64,000 nucleotides of DNA, taken from Phoronis australis (Eukaryota; Animalia; Phoronida). The notes under the pieces are model-generated. The model saw only the letters and a list, made by a program, of their open reading frames with translations, was not told the origin of the DNA and did not search any database. The translations under genes and the position numbers were made by a program. Positions 26,401-37,972 of the stretch are shown piece after piece. The stretch lies in NCBI GenBank assembly GCA_002633005.1, contig NMRA01000298.1, positions 411,474 to 475,473 of the forward strand. The letters are read 5' to 3'. Position 1 is the first letter of the stretch. Each line of letters opens with the position of its first letter.

Positions 26401-29400
26401 GTGTCTAAACCTACAGCGCTAACTTGCCGTGTTATCAAAGCGAGCGCTAGATTGGTCGTCTGGAAGAAATTCTTGTGGTCGATCAACTATTACAAATGTA
26501 TACCCAAAGTTATTAAACGCAAATCTTCTTATTTAATGACTACCTAGAAGTGTATTTATTATTCATAAATATACATTTTTGTGGTTTCCATTCGTACAGT
26601 ACGACCTGCAGTCAACGACAAATACCTCTATTAGTAACCTACTTGCCTCAGACCTGGGGTCATTCACACTTTTAAGGATTCTGGTCTGGCTTGAGCTTCC
26701 TAATACCTTCAAATTCTGAAGGCACGTCCAGGCAGTCGAACATTCGGTCGAACATGCGAATGTACTCCACTGTTTCACGTTTGCTTTCGTCGGTGTAGGC
26801 TGCAATTGCAGTGAAGGTCTAAGGAAATACAGCGTCTTTACACAGCTATGCCCTGATTTAATGTGTGTTGTTACAGTAAGGGAAACGAATATAACAACTC
26901 GTGTAGTTATTTTGTACAGCATTTACATCTACATGTATTAACAATATTTACACACACTTGACAAGTTATACAAAACATTGAACACGGTACAGGGACGAAG
27001 GCTGGGATGAACTCCAACTCGTCGTCTCTGTTTTCGTTGGACGCCAACACCATCACTTGAGCTTTCGGTGTCTTGAGTCGCTATCATCACCTTTCTCTTT
27101 CCTGAAATGTTGTCCACAACAGATTTTTCTTGCTCACAAATGATACACTCAGGTGCCAGAATGTATGAACTTCTGCTACTAGTTGGTTTTGGTACTTCTG
27201 ATTCGGATAGTCTGATTGATTTCCTTAGGATATGAAGGGTAACATCTGTGTCACTGTTATCAGCTTCAACTTAAGCTCTACTGCTGGTGTCTAGGAACAT
27301 CTGTGCTTTTCTGTGCCCGTTCAATTTTTGTCCTGTCAGAAAGCCTTCTGTAGCAGAACATGTGATATGACAATTGGGTAAAGCAGTTGTTTTCCTGCAC
27401 AGATTTATGACACTTCCCGTTTTAGGAGTTTGCTAGGTTCTAAAAATGACTTGTTGCATTGTATGGGCAGTTACAACAAGTGGCCTTTCTTTACATCTGC
27501 AGGAAAAGAGCAAGAACCCCCCCCCCCTTGACGATCTCGCTACACCAGGATTTTCAGAGGGAGTATTCTTTCTCTTCTTTGTTGGAAGCATTCTGACAAA
27601 AATAAACAGGTTCACGTTAATAAGAACAATATTTGCAAAAGCACTGTTGGTGACGATAGACTTAATAAACCCAAAAGCTTCAATGTGTTACACATTGCAG
27701 GCTGGCTGGTAGAAACGTTTTTTCCACGATCCAGACCGCAAACACCAACCAGGTCAAGAGCTTGAAATTCGATTCGCGCAGTTCCTGTGCTAAAATCTGC
27801 AGTCATCGCCTTCTATAGAGTGCAACAATTGAGTTCAGATTCGGTCAAGAACTTCAGAAACACATCATAAAACTATTGATATTTGGCAACTATAGCAACT
27901 AGGGTGTTGAGCTGAAAGAGTTGCTGAGGTGACAATCATCAAGCCACAACTCGAAAGCTTTGGAATCTCCCTTGCCATCCTTATATCGCTCTATGTTCAT
28001 GGTCCATATATTCGTGGCGAAAATTTTTGCCGTGTGTCTGTTCGTGTGCCTTGAGATTGCTCCTATAGGTACTGGCAGTATCAGAGAGATGAAGATTACA
28101 GTTCAGCTCATTTAACGATTTATCCCATTCCCACTCCAACAAACAAATCGTAGCATGATTTACAGTTGCACGATCTGACATAGTGTTGTCAATGCTCTTG
28201 ATCATTTGAAGACGACAATCTTCGAACCTATAAACAGCTGCAATGCGCCGTATGCTGTCATTCACATGGCCTGCGTAGTCAGCAGCCGGTCCAACACAAG
28301 ACTTTCATCTTTTGTGCTGCCATACGCACTGTTAATATGCACCGCTTGCTGATTGTTCACATCAAAACCCAGCGTATGCTGGAGCACTGTCATCAGGGAC
28401 TTGCCTACAAGTAGGTCTGACAGTGCACCGAGTTCGCGCGTCATATAGTTAAGCGTTCATAAGTGACAAATGAGCAGTTGAACAATTCAACATCAATCAC
28501 ATAGCACACCGTGCTCCTTCAAGAACTCAAAGCCATCATTCATTTTTTCATCAGGAAAGGCTGGATGAAAACACAGAAGATGGCAGTATCGATGACAGTT
28601 ACAACACGCTCAATAGATGTTGCCCTTCACCAACATTGTCACGAACCCTCTTTCATTTCTTATTCCTGAATCCACAAGCCTTAAGTGTAGGAAAGAACAG
28701 TTAGGGTACATACATGTAACATATCAAATTTCGAAAGTCATCGCATTTGTGAGATTCAGTGTTGCTGTCATCGGACTGATGTTTATCACCAACATGACGA
28801 AATCCAACTTGGCGACTCATAAAAATCACTCATGCGATCTTTAATTGCATCTCAACCCATTTGTGCCTTTAAATGTGTACTGGCTTGTTGAAACTGAAAA
28901 ACAATCTCGTTTTTATTAATAATGTACTCAGTTGATAAACTCAAGTTTCTTTTTCAACAAAAAATTGGACATGGGTCTGAGAATAATAATCACCATTTGA
29001 ATAAAGGGACAGAACGTTGTCATATATTTCCAGTTATGGCACAGTTATTGGTGAAATACGCTTATCCCAGGCAGTATACGGGCATTCACCTCAATCGGGG
29101 TATTGTCATCAACGATTTGGTTAGTGGAAGCTACAAGCATTGTGTTGTCCACTCTACAATATGCCACATTCATTCCCTACTGGGCCAGACTTCTCAAACA
29201 TTTCCACTGCCACCGAGTCGTACTTTCTGTCATGTATACTAGATGCTCATTTCAGTTCTTTGTTATCAACTCCTACAATGACGGGTTGCCGCACCTGCGA
29301 CACATTGCTCGGTGTTCACCAAACCGATCTGCTAACAGTAAAGGTGGTTAGTAAAGACCTTATGATTTCCTTTGGATAACAGGTATTGCGTTTCCTCCAT

Positions 29401-31061
29401 AACTGCTGTCACTGTCCATGAATAACATAAGTGAACCTTTATCTAAAAGCTTCATTGAACTGACTTGGTCTTTGGTTTATATTCACCGTTTTGCTTGTAT
29501 GGTTGCGTGTCTAAACCTACAGCGCTAACTTGCCGTGCGATCTAAACGGGCGCTAGTTTGGCCGTCTGTAAGAAAATCTCTTGTGATTGATAAACTATTA
29601 CAAATGAATACCCAAAGGTATTAAACGCAAATCTTCATATTTACTGACTACCTAGAAGAGTAGTTGTTATTCATAAGTATACATGTCTGTGGTTTCCCTT
29701 CGTACAGTACGACCTGCAGTCAACGACCGATTACTATACTTAGCAACCTATTTCCCTCAAACATTGGGTCACCCACTCTTGTAAGGAATCGGGTCTGGCT
29801 TGAGCTTCCTAATGGCGTCAAATTCTTAACCCTATCATGCATGACCACATGCATAATAACAAACTTTTGATTTCCTGTGTATGTAAGGATGATTGTTTTG
29901 GGGTTGAAGATTGAGGAAATCCAACTATTTTGAAATTTTTTGGAACAAACCTATAGCGGCATGATCACTCAAGTAACCAATATGCACCAGAAGATCAAAT
30001 GAAGATAAAATGGCCTTTTATGATGTTTTAAGAACATTGGCTACATGTGGGTCAAATTATATTCAATTTTAATTATTTTTTGACAGCTTTAAGTTTCAGA
30101 CATATAAAACAAAATTCTGTCAAAAGTTATCATTTTAATGACCTAATTTACATATTCAAGATGGCTGACAGGGTGTGGTACGTAAAGACCTATAATCAAT
30201 GTTTTTTTTAATTTTACAAGGAGATAAAATGGTCTAATGTGTTTCAAATGCCATGTTATTGATTAAAACATCACTTACAACATGATTTAACACAGAATAA
30301 ACTACTACACTAGTTTTCAGTGCATAAAATATGCCACAATGTGGGAAGCGAGTTTTCTCCGAGATGAACAAAATGTGTACATATTCAAGCTCAAAGAAAG
30401 CCAACAAAATAGTTAACTATACAAGTAATTATAAAATTTGTATTACAATACAATGCAATGTTCATATTTAAACCGTTGTTAATCATTTTTTTCACAGAGA
30501 AGTAAATCAAACAACCCTAATTAAATGATGAAATGTGCCGACTCAGCACTTTTCACCCGAGTGCACATCCTGTGCTGTTACCCTCATAATTCTCATATGA
30601 ACCACTACATTGTTTCCAAACTTTTCAAATATGGTCAATATATCACAAAGTATCTACTGAACCTCTCAAACCACAAAAATAAGCTCACAATAAAATCAAA
30701 AAACATTTAGAAATTGCTTTACTGTTTGCGAACAGTACTTTGTGAAGACCACAGGTTAGGAATTCCCATGAAAACTTCAGAATTTAGCTGATGTTTGAGC
30801 TTCGGAGAGGTTTAGTTTGTACTACACAATCCAAATAAGAGCTGGTGAAAATTTCAAGTCAAAACCTTTAACGGTTCAGAAGATATTGAGGGAACAGCGA
30901 ATAACTCTCTGTTAAAAAACACGAATTCCAGGAAACGGCAGAAAATCAATAATACAATGTAATTCTTCACAGATAAAAGATACCTTGCTCATTTTCCTGT
31001 TTCACAGCACTTCTATCACTAATATTTACAAAAGTATCATCTACAAACACATTTCCATGAA

Positions 31062-32717
31062 TTAGTGTCCTCCAGGCTGATAATTGGGGTCATTCCGTTG
31101 TATTGCGTGACCCAGAGCGCGGGCTCGACGGCGCTCCAAAACTGCAGGATCATGCACATAGGCATTCTGAAGCCTCTTTCTGTCAATTTGTTCCAAGCCA
31201 TAGTAAGTGTAGTAACCTGGTGTCATGCTGAGTTCATGGAATATGTCTAGTCTGCCAAGCTCATCATCATTAAACACTACTAAACCATCATTGACAGCTA
31301 CTTCTAAACGACGTCGACCACAGAATGTTGTTTCCGGAGAGCGTTCCCAGATGAGATGGTGAAACGACTCGTTGTTATTTTGAGTTCCACCATGCGCACA
31401 CTTGTCCAACAACTCTTGAGAAGATAACGATTCAAACACAGGCCTGATGGCATTGCACACAAACTTGGGAAATGCATGGGCATTCCCGTCATCCTGCCCA
31501 TTGACGGCCCCACACCAGTTGCCACATGTATCGTGATTGCGGTTCCTGTGGTGCCAGATAGCCATGATTGCACGCTGCATGGCCGGAACGTCCCCAGGAT
31601 GGTTTCTGATAGCAGCCCCATAATGGCCCTGTATAGCAAGAATTTGCTTCTTGGTTAGTCTTCCTGCACCACCAATTCCAGTGTACTTTTTACCGTCTTC
31701 CTGGAACTGTCGCCCTTTGAACTGGTTAACCACTTTCGCAACTTAGCTCCCATTCGTTTCGATACATGGCCGCAGCACTCCAACTTTGCTATAACTGTGT
31801 TGTTATACACGAGTGGATCAGCATTTGCCACATGAGCAAAGCTTTTGCTATCGCCATCTCCTAAATACTTGTCATAAATAATATTGTTGTCCATGGAACG
31901 TCTAAAAATAGACAGAACTCCTGCAGGTTCCATTCCCCCTGCAGAACCGTTGTAGTTCTTTTCACACTCATGTGAAATATACCATTCCTCAAAATCTTCA
32001 GGAGACAGCTTTCGTCTCATTTTTGCGCAGGAATTACAGTAATTTGACAAAGTCTCAGAGTCGATGACTTTGCACTTGTTGCCCTCAACTGACAAAACAG
32101 TCGCAACTCCGTTTTTGCTACTGAAGCCACGCTTCTGCCACGTACCATCACATGATACTGTTCTATTAACAACTACATTGTCATCAACATCACCTCGCAG
32201 CTCTTTAATAGCTCTTGACTTGCTGTTGTTTGCCACATTCTTAGTAGCCGTATGAATGCAGTTCAGATGTCTATTCCATGCGGTTTTGAGTTGAGCTGGC
32301 GGCATATTCATATTTGCTAAAAGCCTAGTGGCCTGTTGCCGGTTTTTTTCCTATAGCAAACATAGCTAAAGGAAATCTTCGATTTGCCTCATAAGGTCCT
32401 CGGGCTGACTTAGGTGAAGAAAACAAGTGATAGTGCTGTCCACATTCTGTGCAAGTAACTGTCAACTTCGTAGCAACTCCACATATCTTCTCAGAGAAAC
32501 TGTATGACGTAGACTGACATTCTGGTCCGGGACATTTGAACTGTTTTATGAAGTTTTGGAGAATTTCAATGTAAGAAGCAGAGTTGGTATTACCAAGTCC
32601 TTGCTCGGAATCAGTCGACTTCCTTTTGCGAGGTTCAACCTCAGTTCTTGAAATCTGGTTACCTCTAAACCTTCGTTTCCTTGATTTGTAAGCTGATTTA
32701 TCCTTTCTTTTGCCCAT
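31062..32717 (-). pseudogene. Kolobok/Mutator-like DDE transposase, ~551 aa when two single-base frameshifts are corrected
   Basis: ORFs 32325-32717, 31655-32311 and 31062-31733 join. N-terminal KRRFRGNQ and Cys-rich zinc-finger-like region; TVSCDGTWQKRGFSSKNG (D1), YLGDGDSKSF (D2), KLECCGHVSKRMG (CxxH), GRLT, TQNNNESFH (E). Element end GGTGTACCCTTTCC|TTAA at 33253-33270 fits Kolobok-type TTAA targeting; other end not found. Confidence 0.85.
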
Positions 32718-33488
32718 ATTCGGTGGTTATATGGTAGAAAGTGTCCAAAATGAAATTATAAATGTAGTAACTGACCAACTGTTAAAATACTAAGTAAAAA
32801 TTTAGAAAAACACTCACGAGATCGAGAAACAGATGCTTATGTTCTCAGAGACAGGAAGTGAGTCAATAGCCAAAGGCATTTAAAAGCTTCAATCTGATTG
32901 GCTTATTTTCACTCAGTCCCATAGGAGCCTATATCAACATTAGCCAATAGAAATTAGTTTAACATGATTTTTGACCAGAGAAGGCATTTTCTGAGTAACA
33001 GGTTATGGTTTTTAAATTTTTATTTTGGCACTTCTAGAAGTCAAGTTATTCACATTTGAAATTTATGAATATGTAATTAGTTTACTATAGACAATTTTTC
33101 ATTGAAGGTAGCTTATTTTAAAAGTAATTTTAGAGTATTTGCAGGTTTAATTCAAACTTCATATTTGGATATTATCTGGACAACACATTTGTAAGTTATA
33201 AAACACTAAAACCTAAAAAAAGACAATTTGAGTAAAATTGAGAGTTTTTAATGGTGTACCCTTTCCTTAAAGTAAAAAAGCCAAATACCTATTATTTCTT
33301 CATTAAAAAGTGTATGTTATGCAAGGTTTCAGCTGTAAAACAACAACTATGTTTATCTACATGAAAAAACTGCTTTTTTCAAAAAAAAGAATTTTTCAGT
33401 CGATTTTTACTCAAAAACTTAACTTCACTAGTCTTTACATGTATGAGCTTTGAATACTGTTTCTGTGACCAACACGGAATGTGGTAAT

Positions 33489-33938
33489 TTACACTGTGTG
33501 GTAATTGTAAAAACAATCAGTGAGTTTATCGACACACAAGTAAACCTCACAGCGTACACACATGAACTTTGATCGCCTACTGCAGCCAGGAAACTTGCAT
33601 CGCTTGGGAACCTCAGCTAGCTGACGAGGCAAGTGACCGTACCCGTCGTATCGCACAGAGTTGAGGACATTTCGTGTACTTGGTTGATCTTTCACCCCAT
33701 TACACCAGACAACAGGTCGTGGATTTGCAATCCCCTTAATCAGACTCATGGCGACAGCAACCTTGAACTGGTACAGCTGGCAATTAGAATTAATCAATGC
33801 ACGGAACATTGTCCATGCATTGACCCGGCAGACGTCTATGAAATGCCAGACCAATCGCTTGTACCACTTTCTGCTTTTGTGGTGGGCACGATATAAGGAT
33901 ATCGACATGTCACACTTGTCTACTCCTCCCATGTACAT
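33489..33938 (-). pseudogene. piggyBac (PGBD-type) transposase C-terminal fragment with Cys-rich domain
   Basis: YMGGVDKCD (third catalytic Asp region), SRKWYKRLVWHFIDVCRVNAW, VRYDGYGHLP, RCKFPGC...CVRCEVYLC...CFYNYH. Confidence 0.92.
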
Positions 33939-35216
33939 GTATATAGTCTCAGTGTCACCGTCATAAACTATGTTGTACCAAGACGGGTACCCAGGAATCT
34001 GAAACCAAAGAAATTTGTGAAAGTGAATGTACCAAATTGCTCAACTGTGTTCATTATCTCTGTTAATTTTATACTATAGAATACATGCAGTCAGAGGCAT
34101 ATGGACAGAGACAAGTGTGAGGTAAGACAGACTGCTGTTGGCATTAGTAAAGCTGACTTACCTGTGATATAACAAAGCTGACTTACCTGTGATATAACAA
34201 AGCTGACTTACCTGTGATATAACAAAGCTGACTTACCTGTGATATAACAAAACCATCATACCACCTCTCCTCATCTTCCACAAACTTATAGCGAACATTT
34301 TTTGACACTACAATATTACGAGCTTGTGAGAGAACACTTCAGTTCTGCGTTGAAGCATTTCATATTCGCAGTTAAACTGTTAACAGAAAGATTTACTCTT
34401 TTCCATTTTAGTTAAATTATAACAATTCAGTTGGTGCTGGCTGATGCAAAACACACTTCCTAAAGTTCAGCTGATAGACGCAAGCCGCCTTTCCACTTCT
34501 TCCTCGGATTGCCACAGGTCCCAGCAAATTATTTTCGCCGTGTAACGTTCTTTCAATCTCATTTTCTTTGACTTTGTTTCTTCCGCTTCCCTCATTCTCT
34601 CTTCCACAACTTCTTTCTTTCGTGCCCGTTTTTTCCAACCTAGCCTTGACCTTTCTCCTTCACTTGTTTCGCGCTTTTTCGAATAATGTTCTCCGATCAT
34701 CTTCCATCTTTGAAGCCAACCAGTCCGTCGTTTTATTGTGACAAAACATGATATAGCCGGCTTTTGCCTCAATAGGTTGTCTAAGTGGCCGAAAATTGAT
34801 TCACTGTATTTATTATGCTTCTGTTGCCTTTAAAGGAGTGCGGTTCTTGATGTATCCAGAGCCTGTGTGTGGCCAAATGGGACTCAGGCTTCTGATGCTG
34901 TTTTCTTTCCCTACAGTTCCAGGATCGTGTTCATTTCTAGAATTACGACCGGTTAGTTCCAAACAGACGAGGAGAAAACTTGGCAGCTTTAGTTAAGAAT
35001 CCAAACAGCAGCACGACTTATTGTGTTTTTGCTGTTTAATTAAATAGGACAAATCTGTCGATATGTCATGTAGGTATTTATCGTTTGCTGTGACTGAATA
35101 GAACTGAGTCGGAATGTTACCAAGGTTCATATCAGTACATGAATCAACAATAACGAACACAGAATTTGTTCTTGCATGAGTCACCAAATAGTATGAATGT
35201 TTCTGTGATTTTTGTG
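33939..35216 (-). pseudogene. Decayed, intron-containing DDE-type transposase C-terminal half with Tudor/Spin-like tail
   Basis: Minus-strand fragments KHNKYSESIFGHLDNLLRQKPAIS (putative catalytic Glu), LWQSEEEVERRL, QLNFRKCVLHQ, VRYKFVEDEERWYDGFVISQ|intron 33999-34236|IPGYPSWYNIVYDGD. Confidence 0.6.
34149..34248. repeat. 25-bp minisatellite, 4 perfect copies (AAAGCTGACTTACCTGTGATATAAC)
   Basis: Directly visible; on the minus strand each copy contains CAG|GTAAGT. Confidence 0.97.
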
Positions 35217-35218
35217 TC

Positions 35219-35835
35219 ATGACAGTCAGGTAGTTTCTGACATTCTCCGAGAAACGCACTCTTTTTGTAGAACTTCGCAGTGCCTAGCCACTACAGAGGT
35301 GTGACTGCTTCTGAGTGTCACTGCCACTTGCGCTTTGCAGGGTGAGCTGTGATGCTGAAGACACGGATGTGCTTTCAGCTGTCCATCTTTTTTCACGACG
35401 TCACTGAAGTTTTCTTCCTGAGCCTTGTAAGTATGTTGCCAAAATCAAGATACCGTTCAAGCCCAGCAAAACTTGTGTACACCTTTATGCAGCACGGCTC
35501 AGGACAGCACAAACCTTTGTCTTCACAGACTTCACTGCCACTACTTTCTACGCCGACACCACCTTTTCGAATCTTCTGCATATACTCAGATTGTGGGGAT
35601 AATACAGGAAAGTTCTTGATTGCAGTAAAAGCGGTTGTGGTATCGGGAAACTTCTTTTTTGACAGGTACACTCCATCACTTATGCTGTACGCTTTATATA
35701 CTTTCACTTGACCTGAACCAAACTCAAAATGTGTGTAGTTTGAAACACCTGCAATCGTGAACTTTTCTTTCAGATACACTTCCCTCAATTGTGCAACACG
35801 GGCAATGCAGCATGTAATACCATCGTACGATTCTA
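35219..35835 (-). pseudogene. Truncated near-identical copy of the transposase-like sequence at ~37013-37629 (possibly an alternate haplotype; ends at N 35836)
   Basis: Offset 1794; only a few substitutions seen (gtag/gttg, gcttct/gcctct, cacgacg/cacaacg). Confidence 0.7.
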
Positions 35836-36189
35836 NATCTCTTACCAAATAAACCATCAGTTATGGTTTGGAGTGATCGGTTCGGACAGACGGTACACTG
35901 GCAGCGTTACCACTAACTGTCCCCAATTAATAAATATTTTGCTGTCTTCTGAAACGTGTCCTGCTCCTTGACAAAAAAATTTAGGGTCACAGCCTGTGAT
36001 CTTATATAGTTTAAAATAACTGAAATTTCCATCGACAAATCAGCTAATGAACAAAGTAAATCTATGCGTACATCGACAAGGCAATTGGCAGACTCGCACA
36101 TAGTTTCTGCAATACCTCATCAATAACTACATGTACATCAGTTTTTAGCCATAGTAGGATCGAAAACGGACAATTGTCACACAAATAAA

Positions 36190-36742
36190 AAAGTTCATGT
36201 TGATTCGACGTTTCGTCTATTCATTAGACGTCATCAGGTTATAAACAATAATACATCAAGTGTCGACATACCAATCGACAAACCTCTTATTAAACTTTCC
36301 TATATGCTGTATATATTCAAGTTATCCATCCCTTTGTTAAACAATAGCGATGTTGTTTATAAGGTTGAATGTGATAGCTGAAGGAATTCTATATCTGACT
36401 CGCACAGAGACGCCTCTGTGACAGACTAAAGGAACTTTACACCTGAGACAAAAGCAACGTCTATAGGCATTGTGTTAGCAACAATCACCTAGCCAATTAA
36501 GTCAATGTTATCTGTAAAGAACCTATAAAGGAATTACTGTACATTAAAGAACCGTTGGCCATTCAGGACCAGCATGCTATTGGTTCTCTGAATAACATGC
36601 AGAGCTCAGTGACCCTACAGGTTTGGTAATGACCTACTTACTATTCCCTGTATCCCTTCCTACACCACATGGATGTAACCAGACTGGTATGTCGACACTA
36701 TTTGTCTAATTGTTTATAACCTGATGATGTCTAATGAATACG
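36190..36742 (+). mobile_element. Penelope-like retroelement 3' fragment (GIY-YIG endonuclease remnant) with inverted terminal repeat
   Basis: Frameshifted PLLNNSDVVYKVECDS..EFYI..QRRLCDRLKE and LLYIKEPLAIQDQH...SSVTLQVW* (stop 36627-36629); 36685-36742 is repeated in inverted orientation at ~36214-36273. Confidence 0.75.
36203..36247 (-). ncRNA. Minimal hammerhead-ribozyme-like motif of the Penelope repeat
   Basis: Minus strand: CUGAUGA-c-GUCUA-augaa-UAGAC-GAAAC-GUC; conserved core boxes, 5-bp stem II, palindromic ACGU stem III; stem I poorly paired. Confidence 0.6.
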
Positions 36743-36749
36743 ATTGGTA

Positions 36750-37972
36750 AAATTATTGAGACATCCCAACAGATTGCACAATCTTGCGGTCAAGCTGAAA
36801 TCTGATGTCTTCCTCAACAAGGCTGTCGTGTTCATTCTCTTCATAATTTAACAACTTCCCAGCGCTGTTCAAGGCAGCCAAGTGCGCGAAGAAACCTTTA
36901 AGCTGCTATGGTGTCAGCCAGTCTTCCTCCCCAAGCTGCTTATCCTTTTTTTATTGCCTGTAAAGTTCTTGCAGGTTCTGCTTTGTTGCCAGATTGTTTT
37001 CCTTTCTGGAAAATGACAGTCAGGTAGTTTCTGACATTCTCCGAGAAACGCACTCTTTTTGTTGAACTTCGCAGTGCCTAGCCACTACAGAGGTGTGACT
37101 GCCTCTGAGTGTCACTGCCACTTGCGCTTTGCAGGGTGAGCTGTGATGCTGAAGACACGGATGTGCTTTCAGCTGTCCATCTTTTTTCACAACGTCACTG
37201 AAGTTTTCTTCCTGAGCCTTGTAAGTATGTTGCCAAAATCAAGATACCGTTCAAGCCCAGCAAAACTTGTGTACACCTTTATGCAGCACGGCTCAGGACA
37301 GCACAAACCTTTGTCTTCACAGACTTCACTGCCACTACTTTCTACGCCGACACCACCTTTTCGAATCTTCTGCATATACTCAGATTGTGGGGATAATACA
37401 GGAAAGTTCTTGATTGCAGTAAAAGCGGTTGTGGTATCGGGAAACTTCTTTTTTGACAGGTACACTCCATCACTTATGCTGTACGCTTTATATACTTTCA
37501 CTTGACCTGAACCAAACTCAAAATGTGTGTAGTTTGAAACACCTGCAATCGTGAACTTTTCTTTCAGATACACTTCCCTCAATTGTGCAACACGGGCAAT
37601 GCAGCATGTAATACCATCGTACGATTCTAACGCACGCTTCAAATCCTCAGCAGTACGCACATTGTCTCCTTCGTTGATGTATCTTCTTACATGCGCTTTC
37701 ATTACTGCAATTTTTCTGTCACAGATGTCTTTCTCGTTCTGTGGCTCGCTAAATTCATATCGTGTAATGTGGATGCTGGACCTCGTGGAAATTGTTGGCA
37801 ATAACAGCATGAGCTGCGCTGAATGGTGGCATCCAGCAATGTCAGATCCGAGTACAACATTCGTGATGTCAGCAAGGAACTTTTTGAGATTCATGAACAC
37901 ATTTTCAATGATGGATGCAAAACTGTACCAGTTCTGGTTAACCTGGTCAAAGATGTGGATAAAAGATAGTAC
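36750..37972 (-). pseudogene. Decayed DNA-transposon-derived DDE-like protein with C2H2-like finger (superfamily unassigned)
   Basis: Acceptor tttttcag at 37973-37980, then QNWYSFASIIENV, SDIAGCHHS, RYEFSEPQNEKDICDRKIAVMKAHVRRYINEG, CPEPCCIKVY, RFSENVRNYL; frameshifts downstream. Confidence 0.65.

Larger units (their letters stand above)
14553..29829 (-). repeat. Tandem array (macrosatellite) of five ~2.3-3.2 kb units made of decayed transposase-like sequence
   Basis: Landmark tttaggagttt recurs at ~14553, 16825, 21544, 24477, 27420. Each unit carries minus-strand ORF remnants with LGFDVNTQQAVHINS, MSD(H/R)A(A/T)V(N/D)H, LNCNLH, RYKDGKGDSKAF and MPPTKKRK, and all but the truncated last unit carry ILAPECIIC; many stops and frameshifts. 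Confidence 0.93.
29830..33938 (-). mobile_element. piggyBac remnant (3' terminus plus C-terminal transposase), interrupted by a nested element
   Basis: Array homology stops at TTAA (29826-29829) followed by CCCTATCATGCATG, a piggyBac-type terminus; transposase C-terminus at 33489-33938; 5' half and second TIR not found. Confidence 0.7.

Noticed and set aside
30300-33270. KolobokP-type long terminal direct repeats or a second (His-Me finger) ORF
   Set aside because: No direct repeat between the flanks and no second ORF recognised
34149-34248. CRISPR-like array
   Set aside because: Repeats are contiguous with no spacers, there are no cas genes, and the context is eukaryotic
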